DNA from: Minisyncoccia bacterium
Lineage (GTDB): Bacteria; Patescibacteriota; Minisyncoccia; Phycocordibacterales; SBAW01
DNA: 64,000 nucleotides
Reading direction: 5' to 3'
Assembly: GCA_049997855.1 (NCBI GenBank)
Contig: JBEKSG010000002.1
Coordinates: 16,996 to 80,995 of the forward strand
Both the position numbers and the translations under genes were made by a program. The notes beneath the pieces were generated by a model. It ran no database searches. It had not been told where the DNA came from and was given only the letters and a program-made list of their open reading frames with translations. Every line of letters begins with the position of its first letter. The first letter of the stretch is position 1. This document shows, one piece after another, positions 1 through 8,627 of this stretch.

Positions 1-56
1 CTTGATAAAAGTATCGACGCGATAGTCGCGTAGAGAATAAGAATTTTAACAATACT

Positions 57-515
57 ATGTATATCAACAAAGTAATGCTCTACGGAAATCTCACCCGCGA
101 CCCGGAGATGCGTGCCATGCCCTCGGGTGGTAGCGTTGCCTCTTTTGGCCTTGCGACCAATCGCACGTTTAAAAAGGCTGATGGCTCGAGGCAGGAGGCC
201 ACCGAGTTCCATAACATCGTGGTGTTTGGTCGCCAAGCGGAGACCTGCGCACAATATCTTAAAAAAGGGAGCCCGGCATACATCGAGGGTCGTATCCAAA
301 CACGTAGCTGGGACAACAAAGATGGTGCGAAACAGTATAAAACCGAGATTATCGCCGAGCGCGTACAGTTTGGTCCTAAAAGCAGCGGTGGCACGGGCGG
401 TAGCTACGAGAGAGCCGACATCGCGTCAGGAGACGAAGCACCTCAAAAGGCTCCCAAAGAAGACGCTATCGATTATCCCGCGGAGGACAGCAATCCAGAC
501 GACATTCCGTTTTAG
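57..515 (+). CDS. ssb: single-stranded DNA-binding protein
   Basis: OB-fold SSB sequence with acidic C-terminal tail ending DDIPF. Confidence 0.9.
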   Translation: MYINKVMLYGNLTRDPEMRAMPSGGSVASFGLATNRTFKKADGSRQEATEFHNIVVFGRQAETCAQYLKKGSPAYIEGRIQTRSWDNKDGAKQYKTEIIAERVQFGPKSSGGTGGSYERADIASGDEAPQKAPKEDAIDYPAEDSNPDDIPF

Positions 516-542
516 TTTACTAAAACAAATATAAATAGAAAC

Positions 543-758
543 TTGCGTAAGCAAAAATATATGAGCAAAGAATTTTCACCCGGTTACATACCGCATATCG
601 ATTACAAAGATATCGAGACCATAAAAAAGTTTATCAACCCGCACGGCAAAATCATGCCGCGCCGCCGCACGGGCCTCTCGGCCGCCAACCAGCGCGCGCT
701 CGCGCAAGCGGTTAAAAGAGCGCGCTTCATGGCGCTCGTGCCCTACATCGTCCGTTAA
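543..758 (+). CDS. rpsR: 30S ribosomal protein S18 (true start may be the ATG at 561)
   Basis: typical S18 sequence ([27 protein letters not shown]). Confidence 0.9.
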   Translation: MRKQKYMSKEFSPGYIPHIDYKDIETIKKFINPHGKIMPRRRTGLSAANQRALAQAVKRARFMALVPYIVR

Positions 759-1334
759 TTATTTTTTGTCTACTCGTTCCGCGTATGCGCCGAGCTCGGT
801 GTTAATGCGCACGATGTCGCCCTCGTTTATAAATAACGGCGCGTTAAGCGTGGCGCCCGTCTCGAGCGTTATCAACTTGCTGCCGCCTTGCGCCGTGTTG
901 CCTTTAACCGCGGGCGGCGCTTCGGTCACTTTGAGTTCCACTTTGATGGGCATTTTGAGGCCGATTATTTTTTCGTCAAAAATAAGCGCCTCGACGATAG
1001 TGTTGGGTTTAAGAAAGTTGCCTTGCGGGCCGACTGTTTCATCGGCAAGTTCAAAGCGGTCGGCAGGATTGTGTTCGGCGCAAAACCACCACTCTCCGCG
1101 GTTTTTGTATAAAAACTTTACATTTTTAAGCGAAAGATCGGCCTCCTCCACTTTTTCGGAGACATGAAACGCCTGCTCGGTTACCTTGCCGGTGATAAGA
1201 TGGCGCAGTTTTGTCTGGTTGACCGGCTTGCGCTGCTGCTTTCGAAACACGTGCGCATCCAGCACCTCGTACGGCTCACCGTTGAGAAGAATGATTTTTT
1301 TGTTGAGTATTTCGTTGTATTCAAGCATCGCCAT
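759..1334 (-). CDS. efp: elongation factor P; ORF-track N-terminal extension trimmed to MAMLEYNEI start
   Basis: EF-P-length (about 191 aa) with KOW-like N domain and two OB domains; the loop that carries the modified residue in E. coli is divergent (FRKQQRKPVNQ). Confidence 0.85.
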   Translation of the reverse strand: MAMLEYNEILNKKIILLNGEPYEVLDAHVFRKQQRKPVNQTKLRHLITGKVTEQAFHVSEKVEEADLSLKNVKFLYKNRGEWWFCAEHNPADRFELADETVGPQGNFLKPNTIVEALIFDEKIIGLKMPIKVELKVTEAPPAVKGNTAQGGSKLITLETGATLNAPLFINEGDIVRINTELGAYAERVDKK

Positions 1335-1528
1335 AGGTATAGGCAGACAAAATGGAATTGCGGAGGGCAGAAATTTCCTTACTGGAAATTTCCTAGTGCT
1401 CGCGCCGACCGCGCCGCGCACCCTCCTCAATCCCATTTTGTCTTGCCTCAGCATTGTACCTAAAAAGTAGAGCCGCGCAACCTATAGAAACCTGGGTGCA
1501 AGAGTGTTGGTTGTAAAAAGGGCAGTCT

Positions 1529-2137
1529 ATGATGTACAGTGTTGTCATGAAAGAGCTTTTATCCCTTGAGGGTAAAGGGGAGGGAATGAGCGACGAGCAA
1601 TTGCTCGCGGCGTCACTCTCACATCCGAGTTTGTTTGCTTTGCTCGTGCGTAAGTACGAGGAGCCTTTTTTGCGCAAGGCAGCCAGTATTGTGCACGAGC
1701 GCGAGGATGCCGAGGATATCGTGCAAGAAGCGTTCACCAAAATTTATATCAACGCGGGCAAGTTTAAAACCGTCGAGGGAGCAAGCTTCTCCTCGTGGGG
1801 CTATCGCATCCTCATCAACACGGCGCTCACGCACTACGCCAAGCGCAAGCGCGAGGGCGGCAGGGTAGTAGAGCTCGAACCAGAGACATGGGCGCTCATA
1901 CCCGACAAAAATCTGCGCCAGTTCGAAAAAAAGGAGTTTATCGACGAGGTCGCTTCGGTGCTCTCGCGTATGCCGGCACCGTTTGCCAAAGTGCTCGCCT
2001 CGTTTTTTATCGAAGGCAAAACGCAGGAGGAAATAGCCAAGGAGGAGGGCGTATCGGTGGGCGCGATAAAAACTCGCGTGCATCGTGCCAAGGCCGAGTT
2101 TAAAAAAGTGTACGAGGCGGTAACTACTTCGCTATGA
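1529..2137 (+). CDS. RNA polymerase sigma factor, ECF / sigma-70 family
   Basis: region 2 (EDAEDIVQEAFTKIY) and region 4 HTH (EEIAKEEGVSVGAIKTRVHRAK). Confidence 0.8.
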   Translation: MMYSVVMKELLSLEGKGEGMSDEQLLAASLSHPSLFALLVRKYEEPFLRKAASIVHEREDAEDIVQEAFTKIYINAGKFKTVEGASFSSWGYRILINTALTHYAKRKREGGRVVELEPETWALIPDKNLRQFEKKEFIDEVASVLSRMPAPFAKVLASFFIEGKTQEEIAKEEGVSVGAIKTRVHRAKAEFKKVYEAVTTSL

Positions 2138-2481
2138 ACAATCCAAAAACTATAAGCCCCATAGAGCGCCAGGTGATGGCAAATGTCGGCGCAATATACT
2201 TTGCGCGCGCGCTTACCGGCACAACCGCGCTCAAAGTCTACGCGTTTATACTCTCGATGTGGGTGGTTGGGCGCCTGGTGTGGGTCTCCAAAGTATTTGC
2301 CAATTTTATAACGGTAGAGAAGGGAGGTCTCGCCGCTATGTCCAACTTTGTCCTCGCGGCGCTCGAACACACCCACCTGGGCGTGCAACTGGCGCTCCTT
2401 GTAGCAGCCGTAGCCTTGGTGTCACTTGCAATAGATACAGTCCGCAAACTATCCGAGCCAACCCACGCTTACTCGTTTTAG
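2134..2481 (+). CDS. small membrane protein, possible anti-sigma partner
   Basis: 4-nt ATGA overlap with the sigma gene; two predicted TM helices; no recognisable domain. Confidence 0.4.
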   Translation: MNNPKTISPIERQVMANVGAIYFARALTGTTALKVYAFILSMWVVGRLVWVSKVFANFITVEKGGLAAMSNFVLAALEHTHLGVQLALLVAAVALVSLAIDTVRKLSEPTHAYSF

Positions 2482-2551
2482 TTTTTACCTTTTTCTAAAA
2501 GCCTAAAATACGCTTATTTTAATAGTTATTTTGTATTCTAGATAATAGAAC

Positions 2552-2579
2552 TTGACAATTTATTTTAATATGCTAGCAT
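2552..2579 (+). promoter_or_regulatory. sigma-70-like promoter (TTGACA-16-TAGCAT) inside the AT-rich islet
   Basis: perfect -35 hexamer and a plausible -10 about 80 nt upstream of the 2661 ATG. Confidence 0.4.
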
Positions 2580-2660
2580 AGTGCGCGGATGCAACGGATG
2601 GATGAGGTTTTCATATGTTAGGGCTCGCATGAGCGAACCCCTTTGCTCTCGGAGCATCAA

Positions 2661-2963
2661 ATGAAAATCATACGCAACGGCGCCCTGGATAACCAGAATA
2701 ATTGGCGCAACCTCATCCGCATTAATTCGAACGAACAAATATTTCCGGACGAACTTATTGCAATTGCAATAGCCGTTGACGCTTACTATATTGATAAAAT
2801 TACCTACTCGCGTTTCATCAATATTCGCAACGAACCGCAAGAACGCGAGGAGAAATTTGAAACAAAATATTATTGCATCGAAATCGCTGGCGATAACAAG
2901 CATGCCTACTATACCCGCGAACAACTGTGGGAGGCTCTCGCCACTAGCAACGACGCAATATAG
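2661..2963 (+). CDS. hypothetical protein (orphan ORF of AT-rich islet); ORF-track TTG start at 2643 trimmed to the ATG preceded by GGAG
   Basis: about 33% GC against about 55% background; GGAG 6 nt upstream of the ATG; followed by a terminator hairpin. Confidence 0.5.
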   Translation: MKIIRNGALDNQNNWRNLIRINSNEQIFPDELIAIAIAVDAYYIDKITYSRFINIRNEPQEREEKFETKYYCIEIAGDNKHAYYTREQLWEALATSNDAI

Positions 2964-2970
2964 AACTCGA

Positions 2971-3002
2971 CCCCGGGGTGCGAACCTCGGGGTTACTTTT
3001 TT
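2971..3002 (+). terminator. rho-independent terminator (CCCCGGGG-tgcgaa-CCTCGGGG + T-run)
   Basis: 8-bp GC stem followed by TTACTTTTTT; sits between convergent genes. Confidence 0.5.
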
Positions 3003-3058
3003 ACTCCTCGGAGCTTTCTTCGTTTTTGCTCTGTGCCGCGCAATAGGGTATAGCAGAC

Positions 3059-3328
3059 TTATTTATATACGCGGTCGCGGTTGTCTATGATTTCAACCAA
3101 TACCCGATGTTCAGGAAAGTTGAGTGAAAATATCATCCTCAGTTTGCCGACGCGCACACGAAAATGGCCTGCCCATATGCCGGTAAGTCTGCGCAAGTCT
3201 ACCGCCACTGGTTCTCCTTCAAATCTACACAGTGCTTTTTGTATTGCTTCAACAACAGTCTCATCTGCTAGGTGATGCTGTTTTAAAAACTTTTCGGCTT
3301 GTCGTGACAGAGATATACTCCAGTCCAT
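3059..3328 (-). CDS. type II toxin, RelE/ParE family
   Basis: 89 aa; matches the RelE/ParE pattern (W.I.L...A.K.LK .. GHFRVRVGKLRMIF .. VLVEIIDNRDRVYK). Confidence 0.75.
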   Translation of the reverse strand: MDWSISLSRQAEKFLKQHHLADETVVEAIQKALCRFEGEPVAVDLRRLTGIWAGHFRVRVGKLRMIFSLNFPEHRVLVEIIDNRDRVYK

Positions 3329-3331
3329 GCA

Positions 3332-3523
3332 TTAGATTTTGGTGCGGAGAGTGCGCACGCCTTGGCGCGAGGGTTTTTTGTAAAGCCGTACTATTTCTTG
3401 CTGTTCTTTTTGAGAGGCAACAGGGATATCAAGTATGCTCATGAGATCAAACTCATTTTGGAGGGCCTCGCGCACGCTCTCACGTGCCAGTTTTTGTATC
3501 TCTTTTTTAAGCCCGGTAGTCAT
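3332..3523 (-). CDS. putative cognate antitoxin (63 aa)
   Basis: small ORF immediately upstream of the toxin with a 3-nt gap, classic TA operon geometry; no family recognised. Confidence 0.45.
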   Translation of the reverse strand: MTTGLKKEIQKLARESVREALQNEFDLMSILDIPVASQKEQQEIVRLYKKPSRQGVRTLRTKI

Positions 3524-3549
3524 ATATGCAGTATATCACAAACGCCTTT

Positions 3550-4662
3550 TTACTCCTCGGAAGCTTCTTCGCTTTTGGCGCTCGAGACGCCGGTGGTGCT
3601 GTGTTCGAGCTCTTTACTGATTGCTTTTAAGATTTCGTTAGCCACTTTTTTGTTTTCGCGCAAATACGTGCGCGATGCGTCGTAGCCGCGGCCAAGCGCT
3701 ACCTTTTCACCGTCTTTTTGTGTAAAGGAGTACGATGCGCCGCTTTTTTGCACGACACCGAGGCTCTCGCCGAGCGCCAAAAGCTCGCCCTCGCGCGAGA
3801 TGCCCTCGTTGTAGAGCAAATCAAACTCGGTTTTGCGGAAGGGAGCCGCAACCTTATTTTTGACCACCTTGACGCGATGGCGGCCGCCTACCGCCTCTTC
3901 GCCTTTTTTAATTTGTGCGATGCGGCGTATGTCGAGGCGTACGCTGGTGTAAAACTTGAGCGCCTTGCCGCCGGTAGTGGTCTCCGGGTTGCCGAACATC
4001 ACGCCGATTTGCATGCGTATCTGATTGATAAAAATCACGAGTGTTTTACTCTTGGCGGTAATGGCGGTGAGCTTGCGCAAGGCTTGGCTCATGAGGCGCG
4101 CTTGTTTGCCCACCTGCGCTTGGCCCATGTCGCCCTCTATTTCGTCTTTTGGCGTGAGTGCGGCAACCGAGTCAATAACGACAATGTCGATTTTACCGCT
4201 GCGTACGAGTCCTTCGACAATCTCGAGCGCCTGCTCGCCGGTGTCGGGTTGCGAAACAAGGAGCTCATCGAGCTTAACGCCTATTTTTTTTGCATACTCC
4301 GGGTCAAGTGCGTGCTCGGCGTCGATAAACGCACAGATGCCGCCTTTTTTTTGCGCCTCGGCGATGGCGTGCAGGGTGAGCGTCGTTTTGCCGGAACTCT
4401 CGGGGCCAAATATCTCGATGATGCGGCCGCGCGGATAACCGCCGATGCCGAGCGCCCAGTCGAGGCCTATCGAGCCGGAAGGGATTGCGTCGACATCAAC
4501 CTTGGGAGTGTCGCCGAGCGTCATGATGGCCTCGTCGCCGAATTTCTGTTTAATATCGCGTATCGCCGCATCAATGGCGCTGCTGTCGCGCACGCCGTCC
4601 TTGGCGTCTTTTGTACCTGTCGTTTTTGCCGCCTTCTCCTTCTTTGGTTTGCCAAATGCCAT
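3550..4662 (-). CDS. recA: recombinase RecA
   Basis: Walker [11 protein letters not shown]1/L2 loops and a full-length RecA sequence. Confidence 0.95.
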   Translation of the reverse strand: MAFGKPKKEKAAKTTGTKDAKDGVRDSSAIDAAIRDIKQKFGDEAIMTLGDTPKVDVDAIPSGSIGLDWALGIGGYPRGRIIEIFGPESSGKTTLTLHAIAEAQKKGGICAFIDAEHALDPEYAKKIGVKLDELLVSQPDTGEQALEIVEGLVRSGKIDIVVIDSVAALTPKDEIEGDMGQAQVGKQARLMSQALRKLTAITAKSKTLVIFINQIRMQIGVMFGNPETTTGGKALKFYTSVRLDIRRIAQIKKGEEAVGGRHRVKVVKNKVAAPFRKTEFDLLYNEGISREGELLALGESLGVVQKSGASYSFTQKDGEKVALGRGYDASRTYLRENKKVANEILKAISKELEHSTTGVSSAKSEEASEE

Positions 4663-4672
4663 GTAAAAATAA

Positions 4673-5035
4673 TTATGCGTTGGTAATCGGACAATAATCG
4701 AGCACGCTTATGGAAACAGACTCTGCCGCGCGCCTCCCAAATCGGTCGACTGCTTGGACGGTCAGTACTGTAAACCCCGGCGGGATAGAAAGCAACTCGC
4801 TAAAATGTCCGCTCTTGTCGGTGTAGGAAGGGAGGTCGTTGATAGTCAAAAACGAGATGTTTTCGGCAGTACCGGCAATAATCACTCCTGTGCTCGAGGT
4901 GGCGCTGCCGTCAACGGGATACTCGATAGTAATAATCGGTCCTTCGATAAGCCGCCGCGCTTCAAAGAGGCCATATCCGCCGACAACCAGCACCGTAAGG
5001 GCTACTACAAGGGCGGTGAACGGGAGCCGCTTCAT
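4673..5035 (-). CDS. hypothetical secreted / membrane-anchored protein
   Basis: N-terminal hydrophobic anchor; 4-nt overlap with the ftsK stop. Confidence 0.5.
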   Translation of the reverse strand: MKRLPFTALVVALTVLVVGGYGLFEARRLIEGPIITIEYPVDGSATSSTGVIIAGTAENISFLTINDLPSYTDKSGHFSELLSIPPGFTVLTVQAVDRFGRRAAESVSISVLDYCPITNA

Positions 5036-7278
5036 AACTCTTCGGAAGAATAGTCATCTTCCATGGTGTCGCCTGTGTGTGCGCCCTTCTCGAGCACTTC
5101 GCGCGGTTTTGATCCGTCCGGGGGGCCGATAACGCCGCGTTCTTCGAGCACATCCATGAGCCGCGCCGCGCGCGAGTATCCGACGCGCAGTTTTCGTTGG
5201 ATATACGAAGTAGACGCTTTGCCTGCATCTATCACGGCTTGTCGCGCGCTTTCGTACATGTCATCGTCTATCTCGTCGTCTTCGCTGCCAAAGTTCATGC
5301 CGGAGGAGCTGTTAAATGCGTTGTTACTGCCGGGCGCCGGACCGCCGATATCGACGGGGAACTCAGCCTCGTTGTTTTTGGCGATAAACGAAGTCACTTT
5401 TTTTACCTCCGTCTCGCTTATGTAGGCGCTTTGCAAGCGGATAGGTTTGCTCATATCACCGGAGAGATATAGCATGTCACCCGCCCCGAGCAGTTTTTCG
5501 GCGCCACCTTGGTCAAGAATGGTACGCGAGTCTATTTGGCTTGCCACTTGCAAAGCTACGCGCGCGGGTATGTTGGCTTTGATGAGACCGGTAATCACAT
5601 TCACGCTTGGACGCTGGGTCGAGAGTATCAAATGTATGCCCACGGCGCGGCTCATTTGCGCCAAGCGCACGACGCAAGCCTCAAGCTCACGAGGAAAAGC
5701 CTGCATAATATCGGCGAGTTCGTCGATGATAATGATGATGTACGGCATGGCTTCGGGTACTCGCGCTCCCTCCTCGAGACCGTTTTTACGAATATGTTCC
5801 AATTGCGGCGTCAAAATATTTTGATGATACGAGTCGACGTCGCGCACGCGGTTACTCTCAAGCACGTTGTAGCGGCGCTCCATCTCTTTGGCAGCCCAAC
5901 GCAGCGCCATAATGGTGCGCTTGGCATCGGTAATCACCGGCGTCAGGAGATGCGGCAGCTGATTGTACATCGTAAGCTCCACGCGTTTGGGGTCGATCAT
6001 CAAAAAGCGCATCTGTTGCGGCCCGCATCGGTAGAGGAGCGAGGTAATAAAGGTATGGATAGTCACCGACTTGCCCGAGCCGGTTGCTCCTGCAATGAGT
6101 ATGTGCGGCATCTTTGCCAAGTTGCCAAAGTGCGAGCCGCCGGCAATGTCGCGGCCGAGCGCCACCAAAAGAGGCTTACTACTTTCAGCAAACTCGGGGC
6201 TCTCGAGCAGCGTGCCGAGGCCGACTGTCACTTTGGTTGAGTTTGGCACCTCGATGCCCACCAACGATTTGCCCGGTATCGGCGCCTCAATGCGCACCGG
6301 ATGCGCCGCGAGCGCCAGCTCGAGGTTGGTTTGCAAGCCGACTATTTTTTGCAAGCGCACGCCCTCGGCGGGTTTGATAGCGTAGCGCGTCACCGACGGA
6401 CCGATTGATATTTCGTCGAGCTCAACCACAATGCCAAAGTTGGCGAGCGTGCGCTTGATGATGTTGGCGTTAGCCTTGATGTCGCCGACACCCGGGCGGC
6501 CTCTATCATGTTCAAGTAAAAAGAGCGGCGGAGGAGTGTATTGTCCGAGCAAGCTCTTGAGCGTGTCGGCCGCGCGTTTTGCCTGCAAGGCGGCCGAGTG
6601 GTCGGGTTGCATTTTTTGCGGAGCCGCTATAGGCGTCTCATATTCTTGTTGATTATTTTCATATTCCTCGTCCTCGGATTCTTCTTCCTCTTCGTCGGTG
6701 ATGCCGCTAAGCGCAGGCTCGGCGGTTTCTTTTTTGGCGGTCATGCGCGCAACAAGCGCTTGTATGCCGCGACCGAGCGCTGCAAATGGCTCGAGCGATA
6801 TGTTGCCCTCCAGTAATATCAGGAGAGAGATAAGCGAGACGCCTCCCAATATAATAAGCGCCGCATAAATGTCAAAGTAGCGTATCGCGGGAGCGGCAAT
6901 GAGATTGCCCACCAAACCGCCCTGACCCGAAGCAATGGCGACAAAGCCGAGCCCGGTAAAGATAAAGACGGCAGAGGCGATTATTTTAACGGGAGTAAAT
7001 CCCGTGGTATCCTCGCGCATGGCGTTGCCAGCCAGCATGAAAAAAAGAAGCGGCACCAAAAAGTAGCCGACGCCAAGGAGCGAAGCAAAAAGCGTTTTAA
7101 TGTCTGCTCCGGCAGGTCCTGCAACGCCGAGCCCTGCGAGCGTCAAAAGCAGGGCAACCACCATAAGCAGTACTACTGCAACCGCCTGCTTTGTTTTTTG
7201 CGGTATATGTGCCGCACCGCGTTGCCACTTTGAACCGTTTTTTTTGCCATTTTTCCCCGCCATATATGTGCACATCAT
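5032..7278 (-). CDS. ftsK: DNA translocase FtsK/SpoIIIE (start trimmed to ATG near a GAGGTGG motif)
   Basis: N-terminal TM helices, acidic linker, motor domain with GATGSGKS, C-terminal gamma wHTH domain. Confidence 0.9.
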   Translation of the reverse strand: MMCTYMAGKNGKKNGSKWQRGAAHIPQKTKQAVAVVLLMVVALLLTLAGLGVAGPAGADIKTLFASLLGVGYFLVPLLFFMLAGNAMREDTTGFTPVKIIASAVFIFTGLGFVAIASGQGGLVGNLIAAPAIRYFDIYAALIILGGVSLISLLILLEGNISLEPFAALGRGIQALVARMTAKKETAEPALSGITDEEEEESEDEEYENNQQEYETPIAAPQKMQPDHSAALQAKRAADTLKSLLGQYTPPPLFLLEHDRGRPGVGDIKANANIIKRTLANFGIVVELDEISIGPSVTRYAIKPAEGVRLQKIVGLQTNLELALAAHPVRIEAPIPGKSLVGIEVPNSTKVTVGLGTLLESPEFAESSKPLLVALGRDIAGGSHFGNLAKMPHILIAGATGSGKSVTIHTFITSLLYRCGPQQMRFLMIDPKRVELTMYNQLPHLLTPVITDAKRTIMALRWAAKEMERRYNVLESNRVRDVDSYHQNILTPQLEHIRKNGLEEGARVPEAMPYIIIIIDELADIMQAFPRELEACVVRLAQMSRAVGIHLILSTQRPSVNVITGLIKANIPARVALQVASQIDSRTILDQGGAEKLLGAGDMLYLSGDMSKPIRLQSAYISETEVKKVTSFIAKNNEAEFPVDIGGPAPGSNNAFNSSSGMNFGSEDDEIDDDMYESARQAVIDAGKASTSYIQRKLRVGYSRAARLMDVLEERGVIGPPDGSKPREVLEKGAHTGDTMEDDYSSEEL

Positions 7279-7348
7279 ACCACCTCGCAGCCACAAGTAG
7301 CACAAAAGTATTTTTGCCTTGCATCAAGGTAGGGAAGGGTCTACTCTA

Positions 7349-7413
7349 TAAGACAGGCGTGTCTCTTTAATGTCCTACAAAATAAGAGACATGTAAAGGA
7401 CATATAAAAGACA
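7349..7413. promoter_or_regulatory. divergent ftsK / 7430 promoter region with AGACA-ggcg-TGTCT palindrome, ATGTCCT-N20-AGGACAT inverted repeat and three phased A(A/G)GACA repeats
   Basis: repeat half-sites at 7351, 7387, 7398 and 7409, spaced 11 nt apart. Confidence 0.35.
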
Positions 7414-7429
7414 GGAATCTCGCCCAATC

Positions 7430-8173
7430 ATGCCGGAAAAGGACAAAAAATTTCACGAATTTGCTTTAAAATCAATCCTATTTAAAGGACAGCGCGATTT
7501 ATATTTTTGTTATATCAAGTCCGAAAAGATAGCGCATGTCCTCTCGCTTTTGGCACAACGCTCAACGGCTGAAAGCGCCGCGCGTTTAGAGGGTTTAGTG
7601 GCGAGCGCTTCTCGCTTGCCCGAGACTATCGCGCATTTTGCGGCGGGGGAGATCGAGCCTGCGGTCGTGCTTGCCGACCTCTTCAGCCTCCTTTCGGCGG
7701 TGCGGCTCGGTAACACGCAAGGTATCATTCATGATGAAAACGCGGCACTTATTGTCGGTGAGTATGAGGCGCTTGCCGAGCGTCTTACCGGCGGCGCACG
7801 CCTCTCCCCTTTTGTTACGTCCGAAGATTTTTTACTCCCGCCGCTTGCCGAAGAAGAGCCATCCACTCCCCCGCAACTTTCGAAAGGCAGCTTAAGGGCA
7901 GACCTGTATATAAAAGACACTAAAGGACATATTAAAGACACGTCCTTACAAACTAAAGGACAAAATAAAGGACACTCTGCAGGAGAGAGCAAACGGGCTC
8001 CCCTTATATTAGGTTTTGTCCGTAAGCACACCGGCTCCTCTATAAAGGATATAAGCCGGGCAGTCAAGGGCTGTAGCGAAAAGACCATCCAAAGAGAGCT
8101 TGCCCTGCTTATCGAACGGGGCCTTATAGAGAAGCGCGGAGAGCGCCGTTGGAGCGTCTATTACCCCCGCTAG
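7430..8173 (+). CDS. hypothetical regulator with C-terminal winged helix-turn-helix
   Basis: C-terminal segment SIKDISRAVKGCSEKTIQRELALLIERGLIEKRG resembles a wHTH; internal KDT/KGH low-complexity stretch. Confidence 0.55.
   Translation: MPEKDKKFHEFALKSILFKGQRDLYFCYIKSEKIAHVLSLLAQRSTAESAARLEGLVASASRLPETIAHFAAGEIEPAVVLADLFSLLSAVRLGNTQGIIHDENAALIVGEYEALAERLTGGARLSPFVTSEDFLLPPLAEEEPSTPPQLSKGSLRADLYIKDTKGHIKDTSLQTKGQNKGHSAGESKRAPLILGFVRKHTGSSIKDISRAVKGCSEKTIQRELALLIERGLIEKRGERRWSVYYPR
7913..7975 (+). repeat. array of six A(A/G)GACA motifs, one inverted, with 10-12 nt phasing, inside the 7430..8173 coding region
   Basis: same motif as in the upstream promoter region; helical-turn spacing. Confidence 0.35.
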
Positions 8174-8627
8174 TACGTATATATATAGAAGCCTTTTTAG
8201 GCTGTTTACCCTGCAAAAATATTGATTGACCCTCTACAGCCGCTGGTGTATGCTTGCCAAGGCACCTTATCCACAAGGCTTTTTTGCACCCTGTACAAGG
8301 ATGTGCCTATAATTGGGTGTAGGCCGCAAAAGCAGGGCTCGTTCGTTGACAACTACATAACCAAGCAAACAGTTTCTTTCCGAATGACCTTGTCCCGACA
8401 CGGCTGCATATTTCTGAAACTCCCCTTCCACTCTGCCTACCAATGGTTCCTTGCCGCACGATTATGTTCTTTGTTCTTCCCGTTCCCTCCCCTTTAATAG
8501 GAGCGGATGAGCGAGGGGATCAAGACCGTAATCGAGCGTGTAAGGTGCTGGTAGATTTTGTTCGTTCGGTTCCGGTCTCTTTTATTCGTAGATTACAAGT
8601 AATTATTAATTGTTCGTGCACATAAAC

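Noticed and set aside
3718-4686. 322 aa ORF on the plus strand antisense to recA, plus other long antisense ORFs (17603..18196 opposite rplJ/rplL, 9086..9652 and 10532..11200 inside the giant surface gene, 5509..6240 opposite ftsK)
   Set aside because: They sit opposite strongly supported genes in GC-rich sequence and have no domain signatures. The ones inside the surface gene merely mirror its repetitive codons. They are treated as shadow ORFs.
8267-8275. Perfect DnaA box TTATCCACA (and its reverse complement TGTGGATAA at 40119-40127) as a possible replication origin
   Set aside because: Only two isolated 9-mers in 64 kb, about what chance predicts (roughly 0.5 expected). There is no cluster, no AT-rich unwinding element and no dnaA/dnaN nearby.
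8222-8610. ORFs in the 437 nt region upstream of the giant surface gene (8222..8497, 8443..8625, 8520..8972 minus)
   Set aside because: They are short and low-complexity with no start context. The region is more likely a long 5' UTR / promoter region. No riboswitch-like conserved core was recognised.
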